Assembly: GCA_951406725.2 (NCBI GenBank)
Contig: OX597821.1
Span: 105,524,001-105,588,000 of the forward strand
Direction of reading: 5' to 3'
From: Octopus vulgaris
Taxonomy: Eukaryota
Length of the DNA stretch: 64,000 nucleotides
Below, one piece after another: positions 1 to 14,324 of this stretch. Within the stretch, counting starts at the first letter, position 1. Each line of letters opens with the position of its first letter. Both the position numbers and the translations under genes were made by a program. The notes beneath the pieces are model-generated. The model searched no databases, had not been told where the DNA came from, and saw only the letters and a program-made list of their open reading frames with translations.

Positions 1-231
1 CATGTCTGGGCATAGCTAATGTCTGGATAAACCGCATTCTTTTCATAGAAAACAATAACAGTTTGGGACGAATAGATATTTAAGTTTTCATACTAATTAA
101 ACCGTTTGAAAAATCTTCAGAAAGGTTGAAATGAATATAAACATTCTGAAGAAAAGTATACAGAAGATGTACGGACACACACATAATCTCAAATACACAA
201 TAACATATATATTCCCCAACGTCTCTATCTT

Positions 232-666
<435 letters not shown>

Positions 667-732
667 GTCTGTCTCCGTCTGTCTTCATATATATATATTG
701 AGAAACTTAAATATATATATATATATATATAT

Positions 733-1493
733 CCAGACATAGAGTGACCAACGGTTTCGTATCCATAAAACGTTTAGTTTTACAGACCACTTGTTAGAGT
801 CATTTGGCCACAGGCGTATAACTCTTCTTCAAAGAGGGGTGCACTCACAGGTCAATCTTCGACACCCATCCCTTCTCCTCTCTGATTCCTTCTTTCTCTC
901 TCTTCTCTCCCCTTGTTTCGTTTGTCCCTCCTCTCTCTCTCTCTCTCTCTCTCTCTTCCTTCCTTTGCTTCTCTTTCTTTTCTTTTCTCTCTTCTCTGTC
1001 ACGTGACCGCTGGCCGAAATCTGCCTCTCAGCATCCCACCAGCGACGTGTTAACATCGTTGTTTTTCGTCCGCCGCCAAGGCATCGCCGATAAGGCTCCT
1101 TTCCAAAAAAGCGCCAGAGAAAATTTGTTTGCTTGTTATCAGTCGTCAGACACTTGTTGTTTTCACCGTTAATGCTTCTGTATTTCATGTTTCTGTATTC
1201 CATTATTGTTTTTTGCCTTTTATATTCGTCCCTTTTGCTGTCCCGGTGTTCGTATGCATTCGATCCTTCTTCCAGGAAATCTACGCTCCCAGCTTACTTT
1301 TTCTAATGCTCGTTGCTTAGTTTTTCTTGGAGGGCTAGCCGTGATCTAGTAATCTCAAGATTAATCAGCCGAAATTACTACGATGATCCGGTTTTTGACT
1401 GAAGACTGAGGGTTTCGAATGTCCTGTCCGTGTTTATTGTATCGTCTTCTAAGAGTTATACGTTCTTGTCCATGTTGTATTTTTCTACATACC

Positions 1494-1497
<4 letters not shown>
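733..1497. repeat. Unclassified, relatively GC-rich insertion between (TA)n tracts
   Basis: Sharp boundaries against (TA)n on both sides. Internal 12-bp inverted repeat cgtataactctt (about 815) / aagagttatacg (about 1451). No recognisable protein. Confidence 0.4.
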
Positions 1498-1562
<65 letters not shown>

Positions 1563-1656
1563 TTAGAGACAAAACCACTATTTTGCAAATCAAACAAAGA
1601 AAGAATTAATCCAATACATAAAAAAAATTAATATAAATTAAATAAAATTATATTCG

Positions 1657-1702
1657 CCACTACAATTGTTTCGTGTCTCTTCTAAGGACATTCATCAGGT
1701 GG
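1657..1702 (-). ncRNA. Minimal type I hammerhead ribozyme (intact core)
   Basis: Minus strand reads CCAC CUGAUGA aUGUC-cuuagaaga-GACAc GAAAC AAUU GUA GUGG. Stem I CCAC/GUGG, stem II UGUC/GACA, palindromic stem III ACAAUUGU. Confidence 0.88.
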
Positions 1703-2619
1703 ATTTCAGATCTAAAAATAATCAATATTTTTGAGATATAAATTTAAAATGACTAAAACTATAAATAATATAAATTTATCAATGAAAAAATATATATATA
1801 TAATCTATATATAATCTATATATAATCAAGAACTAAAATAACCTCTATAAACAATTGAATATAAAGAAACCTAGTATTTAAGTTCTCATATTTAAAGATG
1901 AAGAATCTAATTTCCAAAAACAAAAAAATTAAAATAAAATATATATACACACACATGCTCATACACATATATCTAAGTATATATAAACATATCTAAATAC
2001 ATACACTAACTCACACACCCATATATATATATCTATACATACACATAAACATCTAGGGAACGATAAATTAATAAAGTAGCCGTATACGTCTACACATTAC
2101 TTATTCATACTCCCACACACACACACATACAACCCTCATTCATAAACACACTCACTCTGCATGACAACCACACATCCAACAGCCGCATATACTCAACCAC
2201 AACAACATAAACATTTCATTCTTAGCAAGAAACTACAAAATACCATATACCACATATATACAACAACCATACATATGTACTTAAAACAAACACACACACA
2301 CACATATTCCAAATACCACATGCATGCAACAAACATACACAAATACGCAAACAAACGCACACACACACACACATTCACACATACATAAACACTCAACAGA
2401 AAACAACATTTCTACACATAAACAATGCACACCCACACACACTCACACACAATCACTCACATACAACCGCACTCCCACCGCCACTCCAACACAGAGGAGT
2501 AACAAATTCAGCAGATACATACACTCAGCCACATACATACAGTAACATTCCCTACTCAACAATATACTATTAAAAACCCCAACACCACTCTAAAACAAAT
2601 TTATGAATGTGAATAATAA

Positions 2620-4276
2620 TATTTTTCGCAATGAATAAAGTGGGAATGACATTTGAAGAAGTTAATGTAATTAAAATGGCTAGGAAATCGCTCATTAAAT
2701 ATAAAAATAAATTATGGGCTAGGAAAGATACTAGGGATTGTTCTGATATACCTATGGGAGCACCAGATTCTGCACAAGCTACAGATTTAGTAGGTATTTA
2801 TCTTTTATCTGAACTCCAATTAGAAAATTTTAAGATAGAGGGTGGTTTATATAGAGATGATCTTCTACTAATTACAAAGAATTGTACTAATAGGAATCTA
2901 GAAGTATATAAGAAAAAACTATATAGTTTCTTTAAAAGATATGGTTTAAGTATTAATATATATAAGGAGAATTATAGTGTTAATTATTTAGATGTTAATT
3001 TTAATCTAATTACAGGTAAAACACAACCATATCATAAGATTAATGAGAACCTTAGATATATAAATGTTAATAGTAATCACCCACATTCTATTAAAAAATC
3101 GTTGATTAATAAAATAAGTAAACGTATTTCATTACTCTCTTATGATATAGAGATTTTTAATAAACATGCTACTTATTATAATGAAGCCCTTAGAGAGGCA
3201 GGTTATAATATGAATATTAAATTTTATAATATTAATGATAAAGATATAACTAATAATTTTCGAGATAATTATATTAATAATAATTATAATTTTGTTAGTA
3301 TTAGTGGTAAAAATATTAGAAATTATAAAAATAAAAATAATAAAAATAGAAATAAGAATAATAAAAATAAAAATAATAATAATGATAATAATAATAATAT
3401 TCATAAAATTAATAATATTAATAATTCCTTAAATGCTGTACATAGATATAATTCTGATAATAATTTTAATATGATAAAGAATTATAAATACAATAATAAT
3501 AATAATGACAGTTATAAGGTAAATAAGAATAAAATTTGGTTAATAGTTCCTTATGGTGATCAAGTAAAAACGAATCAAGTAAAACGATCAAGTAAAACGA
3601 TCAAGTAAAAACGAATATTATTAAAGAGATTTTAGATATTATCGAACTATTTATTCGAGACAATCGTAAATATAAAAAAATTTTCTCTAGTAATAATTTT
3701 GGAGTAGGTTATTCCTCCACTAATAATGTAGGTAATATTATTTCTTCATTTAATAAATTTAAACTGAATAATAAAAGTAAATTATTTAATAATACTAATA
3801 ATAAAGATAAGACATATATTAATTGTACTTGTAGAGATAAATCTAAATGTAAATTAAATAATAAATGCGATATTAACGATGTAGTATATAAATGTATAGT
3901 TACATTACATGATAATAAATTTAAGAATAATAATTACCCAAAAGCGATTTATATAGTGTCTACTTCCTCTACAATAAAATTAAGAATCGCACAACATCTG
4001 AATTCTTTTAAAAATAAAAACTTAATCAATTCCACTGGACTTAGCAAGTACATTTGGAGACTTAAATCACAAAATATTAATTATAATTTATCTTGGGAAA
4101 TAATTTGTAAAACCAAATCATATACTATAGGAGCGAATTTTTGTTATTTATGCTCTAATGAGTTTAAGGAAATTTTAATTTATAAGTATGATAATTTACT
4201 TAATACAGGTGAAGAGCGCAAAATAAAATGCAGACATAGGTTACTTTACCTATATAATAGGTTTCATGATAAATAA
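2620..4276 (+). pseudogene. PLE reverse transcriptase (motif B' onward) + GIY-YIG endonuclease, frameshifted
   Basis: ORF 2631-3608 contains DIPMGAPDSAQATDLVGIYLL, GLYRDD, NYLDVNF and YINVNSNHPHSI. A second frame is open from 3602 to 4276: CTCRDKSKC..KC..DVVYKC..IYIV(G>V)..KLRIAQH..STGLS..WEII..CYLCSNE..LLN..KCRH. RT motif A is missing. Confidence 0.93.
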
Positions 4277-6214
4277 TAATTATATAATAACATTAATAGC
4301 TCCCTATTAAAGGTTATTCTAGTATATAAATTTTATGTGTTTAGAGTACCTTTATAATTCTTTAGTTATGTAGTTTAGGTTTTAATTATAGTTAGGCTAT
4401 AAATGGTATTTCTTTGTATTAATTAATTTCTTATTAATGTATATTAATATATAACTGTTTATGGAATATTGAGTCTGGTAAGTTACATTTTTATTTATAT
4501 TAGATTTATTTTATTTTATTTATTTTTTTTATTATATATATATATATGTATTTTTTATATGTATATATGTGTATATATATTATTTTATGGATGATATGGG
4601 CGTGTATATAGTGGTGTATATATCGTGTATTGTATGTATGTTTAGTATGTATAAGTATGTATAATGTATGCATAAGTGTGTGTTGTAGGTGTGTGTACAT
4701 ATGTGTGTGTATAGAAGTATGTGAGTATATATGTGCATTTGTGTATGTATATGTATTTGTATGTAGTAGTGTGTGTGTGTATATACGTATTTGTGTATGT
4801 GTATGTGGATGTGTATATGTGTATATGTATATGTGTGAATTTGGTATTTTATTATATTGTGTATACGTGTTGTGGTTGTACTATAATTTTTGCGGAATGG
4901 GTTTGTTTGAATATTAGTTTTAGTTTGGGATGTGAGGGTGTGGGAAATAGTTTATAGGGTGGGGTTTTGCTATATAGGTTTGTTTTGTGTATGTAAGTAT
5001 TTAGTTTGTTTATTAATTTATTAATTTATTATACTATAATATTAATTATGGCTTATATGGGTATAACTTGTTACGGGTTGATTGGGATGAATGGGAGCCA
5101 CTAGGTGTTTAGGAGTGTTTTTTGGATGGTTGTTCTCTATAAATTATGAATGTTTCCAATCCCCTTGTATTATATTTGGTATGGTGATCATGGCAGTTTT
5201 ATTGTTTTATTTGGGTATAGTTTGTAGCCATATATACGTTCATATAGGTTCGTTTTTAAATGGTTTAGGTTATGTTTAATAATAGAATAATTCTATATAA
5301 GTTATTATTCACATTCATAAATTTGTTTTAGAGTGGTGTTGGGGTTTTTAATAGTATATTGTTGAGTAGGGAATGTTACTGTATGTATGTGACTGAGTGT
5401 ATGTATCTGCTGAATTTGTTACTCCTCTGTGTTGGAGTGGCGGTGGGAGTGCGGTTGTATGTGAGTGATTGTGTGTGAGTGTGTGTGCGTCTGCATTGTT
5501 TATGTGTAGAAATGTTGTTTTCTGTTGAGTGTTTATGTATGTGTGAATGTGTGTGTGTGTGCGTTTGTTTGCGTATTTGTGTATGTTTGTTGCATGCATG
5601 TGGTATTTGGAATATGTGTGTGTGTGTGTTTGTTTTAAGTACATATGTATGGTTGTTGTATATATGTGGTATATGGTATTTGGTAGTTTCTTGCTAAGAA
5701 TGAAATGTTTATGTTGCTGTGGTTGAGTATATGCGGCTGCTGGATGTGTGGTTGTCATGCAGAGGGAGTGTGTTTATGAATGAGGGTTGTATGTGTGTGT
5801 GTGGGAGTATGAATAAGTAATGTGTAGACGTATACGGCTACTTTATTAATTTATCGTTGCCTAGATGTTTATGTGTATGTATAGATATATATATATGGGT
5901 GTGTGAGTTAGTGTATGTATTTAGATATGTTTATATATACTTAGATATATGTGTATGAGCATGTGTGTGTATATATATTTTATTTTTATTTTTTTGTTTT
6001 TGGAAATTAGATTCTTCATCTTTAAATATGAGAACTTAAATACTAGGTTTCTTTATATTCAATTGTTTATAGAGGTTATTTTAGTTCTTGATTATATATA
6101 GATTATATATAGATTATATATATATATTTTTTCATTGATAAATTTATATTATTTATAGTTTTAGTCATTTTAAATTTATATCGCAAAAATATAGATTATT
6201 TTTAGATCTGAAAT

Positions 6215-6260
6215 CCACCTTATGAATGTCCTTATAAGAGACACGAAACATTTGTAGTGG
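6215..6260 (+). ncRNA. Hammerhead ribozyme, core-mutated copy (CUUAUGA)
   Basis: CCAC CTTATGA ATGTC CTTATAAGA GACAC GAAAC ATTT GTA GTGG. Sense-arm copy of 1657-1702 with G>T in the CUGA box. Confidence 0.75.
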
Positions 6261-6450
6261 CGAATTTAATTTTATTTAATTTATATAAATTTTTTTTATG
6301 TATTGGATTAAGTCTTTCTTTGTTTGATTTGCAAAATAGTTGTTTTGTCTCTAATTAATATTATATAATATTTTACTATAAAATTGGATTCAATCTTAAA
6401 TCTGATTTTTCCCTGTAAATTTGGATTTACTCCCTAATATTTATTATTAT

Positions 6451-6514
<64 letters not shown>

Positions 6515-7189
6515 CATACGCGTCTGCGCTAACACACATACGCACACATGTTTGAGTTTTTGCGTGTGTGTGTGTGAGTACGTGTGTCTTTGTTTATATT
6601 AATCGAGCAACGAGTTCAATACTTTACAGCAAGATGTGAATCGATCCATTATAAAAAAACAAACGATAACAATCACAGCGATCAAATACGAGAAGTCGGC
6701 GGTGAGACAACACAAATCATCAAAGGATTGAATTTTATGAAGGTGGTTACTTTGGTAGGCGCTTATTTCAAGAGCAATGATTTGTCACTGCCAAAACAGT
6801 TAAAATTTTCTACTTTCTTTGTGAGGTTCATACACGTACACGGTATTGAAGAATAATTAGTTTACATTTTCAGTTTGAAAACAACTTTGTTTAACGTAAT
6901 TTAATAAATATAACCAGTTACACAGAACGAATACGAGAAGATGCAAAAAAGTGTTTTAGCGCATCTGTCGACGATCTTAGGAGAAACCGTCGAGGGAATG
7001 CTCTAAATGAGAATGGCGACAACGACATGAAATTGTGAAGTATATACCATGCACGAAAGTACTGTTTGGGTTCATGTTGACAAATTGCATAGTGGAAGAA
7101 TTACTTGAAAACATACTTGATTATAGAAAACCTAGCACTAAATTATAAACAGAGATGTTGGATTAAATGCAGCAAAATCCTTATAGATA

Positions 7190-7765
7190 AGATACTTAAA
7201 GTGGCAACATCATTGAAACCAATTCTCAAGATACAGATTTTCGAGAACAAAATTGCTTAAATTTATAATGACGAAATAACTGATAACAGCAGCAGTGGCA
7301 GCGACGTTTTCACTGGCTAGGTTATGTTCAGTGTTCATCATATGCCAGAAGGAAGGATCCCTCCCCTTCGAAAAAACCCTCTTGTATGGGTTGTGGGGAA
7401 AAAAGTTCATTGAGATAAACCCTACTGTACGACCTCATCTTCCATTCAAAGATGTCTGTAAGAGAAATATGAAGTCGATTTATCTGGATGTCCGGAGATG
7501 GGGTGAGGATGCATATGATCGCCCACACTGAAGGAAAATACTGCGAAAAGGCATTAAGAAAGCGGAAGAAAGACAGATACTCGCCATCAATGAAAAGCGC
7601 ATTCGACGGACGAAAAATCAACACCACCGGCAGAGGGCTCCTTGAAATGACTGACACTCCCGAGTGGACCTGTGTAGCCACAACAGAGTCTCCATCACCA
7701 ACAGCTAACAGGATCTCTTTGGGCGTATATCCATGGCCTCTCGAAACCGACGGATACCTACTACT
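7190..7765 (+). mobile_element. RTE-clade LINE 3' fragment (decayed)
   Basis: Across frameshifts: QRRFHWLGYV..MPEGRIP..KTLLYGL..RPHLPFKDVCKRNMKS..AYDRPH*RKILRKGIKKAEE..EKRIRR..HSRVDLCSHNR. Short 3' end ccatggcctctcgaaaccgacggatacctactact. Confidence 0.75.
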
Positions 7766-8464
7766 GGGTGATAATCATTCTTATATCATCTTGAATGAAA
7801 GGTAAATTTTGCAATTATGAATTGTATCGGTATATGAACAAATCGTGGGTTTTCAGAAGAAACGATTGTTGTCAAGCATTTCAAGTGGTTTTTGTAGTGT
7901 TTTAGAAAATTATTTATGGAAATGTTAAGAATGACAGCGAATTGGAATTTAGATGTCTCCCAGTTTGTTTCATTCATACACAATTCCATGGTTTTTAAAC
8001 AGCAGCAGCAGCGGATATGAGATTTTTTAAAAGAATTTCGAAGATGAACGGCTACCTGGGAAAACTCTACATTATTGTACACATTCATATTTTGAATACA
8101 CTAAAGGCAATGGCTTTCCTTAGGAGCTCATTTTCTACTTTTATTTTTGCTAAATCAAAAATTCTTTTCTTCCTATTATTATTTTTATGCAATTTTTATC
8201 TGAAATACAGAAATCGCAAACATTTTTTAGGTTTAAATTTATTCATAATACTTATATAGCTCAAAAATTCAAATTTTGGGGAAAGGAAACCGATTAAGTG
8301 TTTCAATTTAAATATATTCATTTCCATAAATTCCCATCTCACATTCTGCATACCTATTAAATAAAGCGGCATTATTTATATCGTAAAGTAGGCAATGTAC
8401 ACTCACGCATAAGCATGTATATTATGTATATATAGGCATGGCTGTATACATGTATGTATTTTCC

Positions 8465-8495
<31 letters not shown>

Positions 8496-9502
8496 ATGTG
8501 TTATATATATGTATATATGCATATATTCATACATATATATATATATGTGTGTGTGTGTGTTTGTGTGCGTGTGTGTGTGTGTGCGTGCATGTGTGTAACA
8601 AACATCATTTATATTGAATCTCAATGCTTATACAGCAGGAATACACTTTTCACCAGATATACATGGGAAGAACTGTTAGCGTACGCATAATTCAAACTCA
8701 AAAATCATTGTGCAAGAAGATGGAATGAACATGCTTAATCCAAGGCCCAACTGTTGTCTCTGTGCATTATTACCAGCGTGAGGCGCTGCTTCTTTCAGAT
8801 ATTATACATATACTAAAACATATTCCATAAACATGTTCAGCACTACCTGTGTACTCGCACGCTATCAGATGAGATGAACCGTGAAAAGTGCTGGATCGCA
8901 TGTAGTTTTCCCTTGCTTCTCTATTCTATTTTTATCATCCCTTTGATAAAAACAACAAATAGATCCAAATGGAAACAAGTTATAAAAGTAGCACATAGAT
9001 TAACGCTAATAAGAATCAAAAGAGTAAATTATAAAGTAGATAGACCAAAATTAATTAATGCAATTTAAAAACCAACCGTATAAAATATAAATGAACAAAA
9101 CCTAATATCCGGCCTTCTCTTTCGCATGAACCTGTCTCGCCTTTGAAGTAAGTAAGTTAAAGTTCTAATAATGATGCCGAGATATAATCTAGAAGAATTT
9201 ATTTCTTATGTTGTATGCACTTTGATTCAAAAGACGCGTTGTCAAATGATTGGCAGAATACCAACATTTAGTCTTTCTTGTTAACTTAACCTTAACCGTC
9301 TTTGGTTACCATCAGAGTGGTTTGATTAATAAATACTATCACTCTGGTATAATTATTCATCCTTATACACACATACACGTTCATTCACTTCGTGTTTACA
9401 TAGAAAAATATATATGTGTATGTGTATGTGCGCGCACGTGTCTGTGCGTATATTGAAATATATAGTCTTAAGGATATATGTATGTGTACGTATATGCGTA
9501 TG

Positions 9503-9566
<64 letters not shown>

Positions 9567-10100
9567 TACACGCAGACACACGCACAAGCTTGCATGTGCG
9601 CGCACACACTGAAATATATATGTATGCATTATGCATGTATGTATATACGCATGTATGAAGGGTTATTAACAAATATACCATTTGATGTGCAATGGAACTT
9701 TGAGCGAATTTAAATGAAACTTTTCGGAATGCTTTCTTTCCTCAAATTTCGCATATTTTGCGGGGAACTCATTAGCGTGTCCGCATATAATGTGATTCAG
9801 AGTTGCAAGGATCTCCTCTGTAATATTGACAGCTGTAAAGAATAAATCAAATTTCTTTGTTTCTCTAATCTCCATTTTCTGCTATTCCCTGAAAGGCATG
9901 TGCTGTCTCGTTTTACTCTCTTTTTAACATAATATGGACGTTGTGTATGACTTCTCACAATTTCAAGTGTTGTTAAATGCGATAATATAAAATACTTAGA
10001 AAATAACATTTTATCCATAATTAATCTTTTAGCACATACGAAATACCGAAAGACTACTGTGAGGAAACAAAGCAAATGGTAAAATTAAGTGCAAAAATAT

Positions 10101-10490
10101 TCTTTTCTTTTCTAGGCACAAGGCCCGAAAATTTGGGGGAGTGGGATAGTCGATTAGAACGAATTCAGTACGCAACTTGTACTTAATTCATCGATCCTGA
10201 AAGGATGCAAAGAAAATTCGACTTCGGCGGAAATTCATCTCAGAACGTAAAGGCAGCCGAAATACCTACTTCTTTACTGCCCACAAGGGGCTACACAAAG
10301 AGGGGACAAACAAGGACAGACGAACGGATTAAGTCGATTATATCGACCCCAGTGCATAACTGGTACTTATCCCGAAAGGATGAAAAGCAAAGTCGAACTC
10401 GGCGGAATTTGAACTTAAAACGTTGCGGAAGACGAAATACCGCTAGTCATTTCGCCCGGCCTACTAACGATTCTGCCAGCTCGCCACCTT
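10101..10490 (-). mobile_element. tRNA-derived SINE with CORE-like domain, dimeric/nested
   Basis: Head on the minus strand (aaggtggcgagctggcagaatcgttag..gttcaaattcc). The central gccgag..cgactttgc..tttcatcctttc block is present twice. Degenerate flanking duplication aagtgcaaaaatat / aaatgcgaaaatat. Homologous to 22016-22247. Confidence 0.8.
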
Positions 10491-11593
10491 CATAAATGCG
10501 AAAATATGAATTATATCTTGTTAAACAAGACTATATTCATTCTGGGTTCCACAAGAAATTGTGGGTGCACACAAAAGCATGGAATAGTGGAGACAGTGCA
10601 ATATGTCTAGACTGTCACACTGTAAAGCATAGGGTTTATTTGATCTCTAGAAGAGTGCACGATCAATGCTGACCTGTGGCAATCATTTATCAATACCAAA
10701 TACAATGGTTGCCAAGATAAATTTAATTTAATACTTTCTTCTTTTAATTCAGGGAAGTTCTCAAAAGAAAAGGGAAAATATTATATGAGAAACAGCAAAC
10801 ATTCAAAATACATACTATACAAAATTGTAAATCACATGAAACAGAATCGATTCATATTTACTGTAATAAATAAAATGTTTATTCCATTATACGTAAAACA
10901 AAAAACGTTTTTGGTGCAGTACACATCAAATAAAGTATCGATTTTTAGTTTGCCTTAGATGGTGTTTTGCAGTGTGGGGAATAAAATTGATTGAGATAAA
11001 TGATGTACCATCTAGGATTTATTTTATCGAATGCAGCAGAACAGAAATCTATGAAGGCCCCAACGGATTTCATTTGAGAGCGAAGTTGAGAGACACGTGT
11101 TATTTAATACTAAGTGTTATAAATTCTACTTCCTCCTGAAAACCCTACAGTTAAATACCATTAAATATTACCATTAGATTTCGAATCTACTGCAACTTAG
11201 CTCCGAGAATGAATTTAAATAAGGAATTAGGTATATTGGCCGCCACGATAAGTAAGGTGAAATGAAATGTGTTCTTGTATTTCTTAGTTTTACGATCTAT
11301 AAAAGACTAATGATTTAAAAGAAATATTTATACGATATTGAACGTAAAATATAGATTCGTAATGTAAACTAGCGAAAACACAAACGAAGAAAAATAAAAA
11401 TTAAATTACAAATTATTATCCCGGCCAATGGATGAAGGCGCTTCCACCTAAGTTTTCATACATGTATATTTATCTGATCTGGCTTCATCTGTATTATACC
11501 ATGCATTGTTTTTCACTAAAAACAAATTTCACATAAAATTCTGAAGATGGAAGTCTTTTAAAAAATATAATATTTCTGTTCATTATTACAATC

Positions 11594-11800
11594 GGCGATT
11601 CGGTAGAATCATTAGCACGCTGGTCAAAATACCAGCCGTATTTCGTCCATTGTTACATTCTGGGTTCAAACTACACCAACATAGACGTTTCCATTTATCG
11701 TTTAGGTCGATAAAAATAAATACCAGTTGAACACTGGGGACGATTTTAATCGACGCATCGCCACATCCTCGAAGCTGCCCTTGTGGAAATTATTTAAAAT
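11594..11800 (+). mobile_element. Old copy of the same SINE family
   Basis: ggcgattcggtagaatcattagcacg..gtatttcgtc..gggttcaaac..ggtcgataaaaataaataccag aligns by eye to the reverse complement of the 10101-10490 head and core. Confidence 0.65.
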
Positions 11801-14108
11801 AATTATTAGATCTCTCACTTCTTTTCTACTACGACGATACTATTAAATGTTCCAAATCACTCCGAGTCTCGACTGTTACATTTTTAATAAGGAGGATGAC
11901 AATGGCTATCGGTCGCAAAGAAGAAGGCTGACATATTTGTAAAGGACGTCATCTTTCAATAGCACGTTTGATTTTCGCCGTAATTATGAACTTTACAATA
12001 CTCAAAGACACAGGCATCGAACACTACCACTGCTTCATAAAGGGAATGATACAATGATACCCATCCGCACACACCCACACATACACACACACACACATAA
12101 ACACATATATATGTATATTTAAGGAAGAAAAATATGTAAAGTCGCACAGGAGGTTTGTAGAATAAAATTTACGCTAATATTAAGATCATAATGCAACAAA
12201 GTGTTGTATTATAACATTATATGATAGATTGCGAGTAACTCTTTGCATGAAAAATACATTACTTACCGATACCCATCATATACGCACATACACACATGTG
12301 CATAAACATATACATACATACAAACACAGAGAGTGAAGAGGAGGCTGAAAATGGAGACAGTGAAGAAGGGATTATATAGAAAAGCGAACTTTCGTGATGC
12401 ACCTGAAGCTGTGTTAACAGTGTGTAACAGCATACCACCGACATACTGCAAATACCAGGATGTTTGTCGTAGGTCGGGGTATGTTGATCTTTCAAACTAA
12501 ATGTTTGAAAGTAATAATAGAATGCTTATAAGACAGAAAACAATTTAAGCAATTGAGATTGAGTACAATTCTAAATGTTTACATAATTACCATAAAATAA
12601 TAGATGGCTATTTCTGCAGAGATTCTTATGCTTACTATTCCGATTAACTCCGAACATTTCTCTATGCTGATTCACGCAAGTATTTGTTTCATTATGGTTA
12701 TTTAATCGTTTGTTTCTTACATTGAATAGCTTTTTTCCTTCTAGTAATGTAGCTTTATATATATTCCATCCTAATGGAAACATAATCTTTGCAAGTGATT
12801 TATAATCTGTTGTGTACAATAAACCAAAACTTAAATTTATTCTAGCATTGCGTTTATCCTTTCCTCCGTTAAATAGTAATTACAATAATGAGTATTATTG
12901 TTATAACTCTCAATGCTCTCCGTTAAATGAATGTATTTGAATGGATTGCTACAGTGACAGAAGATAGACAGATGGGATCTATATTTGCTGATAGAATTTA
13001 TGTTTCGTTGAACTTTATCGGATGCATTCATAATTTGTATGCATTCCATTTCCCCGAGGATGTCTGGTATAATGATATATGTTTATTTTTTGCTCAGAAC
13101 TATTATGTAGGTTGGCATCGAAATTTGGTGAAATGTCTCGTAAACCTATTATTCCGTTGCCATGATGATATTGAAATGTGGGTTTTATGATTTCGCTGTT
13201 CAGATCTGCCATTTTAGTATATGTCTGCTTCACTGGATACAAAACTGTCTCACAATCTATGTAATTTTCCGCTGACTAAACACTGAAACTTCTCTGTAAA
13301 CGTCAGCTACCACTGTTTATTGAAATTCAAGTTGCAAATATTTTCATGCACGTCTCTCAAATAGCTGACATCAAAAGTTTTACGTCGTTTAAAACGGGAA
13401 AACTTTTCAGACGGACATTTTATATTTGTATTAGCGTTTTCAATAAATTTAGCAAACAGTGGTACATTTTCATGTCAGAATGTCATGTTTGACATTGAAA
13501 TGCATATCTAAATATTCAACAGAATCTCTAACTAAATGTTTGCCAATAGAATAGCATGTTTTACTATGTCGGTCAGGGTTCACATATATCAATAACTATT
13601 CCATAGTATTTCTAATTTCGTTTCTTATAACCATCAGAGGTTGAATACATATAGAATTTCTCGATAATGCTGATATCAAAGATGGCACAGTTAGGTTGAC
13701 CGAATTTATGGGTGAAATATTAGAAACGCTGATGTCATTATCTTGACAACTTAAACGGAATTTCTCAATGTAAGTGGTCATTTCACTGGCCGTATATCGA
13801 TTATCAGATTGCATTGACATCAAAACATTGTAAGAATGTTCAAACTTCTAATTCATTTCATCCATGACTTTTGAGTCGTCCATTACTCATTTCTTTGAAT
13901 ATGCTATCTACTTGAGCTGTTTCCAAAGTAATATTTCCAGCCAACAAATTATACTTTATGTATGGTCAAACACAAACACACGTATTTAGTACAAAGACGC
14001 GAACAAATGAATTCACCTTTATATATATAAATCTGTTTACATGCCATCAAGCATCTACGTGTATCCATAGGTGCATATATCTATCTATTTGTTTGTCTGT
14101 CTACCTGG

Positions 14109-14184
<76 letters not shown>

Positions 14185-14188
<4 letters not shown>

Positions 14189-14254
14189 GTCTGTGTGTCT
14201 CTCTATCTATTTATCTGTCTATCTATTTTTGTCTATCTATCTACCTATCTATCC

Positions 14255-14256
<2 letters not shown>
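14185..14256 (+). repeat. Left copy of 72-bp exact duplication flanking the Tx1 LINE
   Basis: Interrupted (TCTA)n variant string identical to 15987-16058. Confidence 0.9.
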
Positions 14257-14323
<67 letters not shown>

Positions 14324-14324
14324 C

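Larger units (their letters stand above)
1550..6450 (+). mobile_element. Penelope-like retroelement (Naiad-type), 5'-truncated, with inverted 5' pseudo-LTR
   Basis: 1550-2619 is a near-identical reverse complement of 5302-6367. Unique tail 6368-about 6450. (TA)n on both flanks. RT + GIY-YIG coding sequence between the arms. Confidence 0.93.

Noticed and set aside
733-1497. Hammerheads in the unclassified insertion (GAAAC-N5-GTC on the minus strand at about 745 and 1400; GGCT..AGCC-GAAA at about 1333-1374)
   Set aside because: No properly placed CUGANGA with closing stems.
3602-4276. Selenocysteine (UGA) recoding as reported for some Naiad PLEs
   Set aside because: Cys motifs in both PLEs use ordinary Cys codons. 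No in-frame TGA in the endonuclease regions.
12400-13950. Cluster of non-repetitive minus-strand short ORFs (possible decayed gene or transposase)
   Set aside because: Many stops and no motif I can recognise. Needs blastx.
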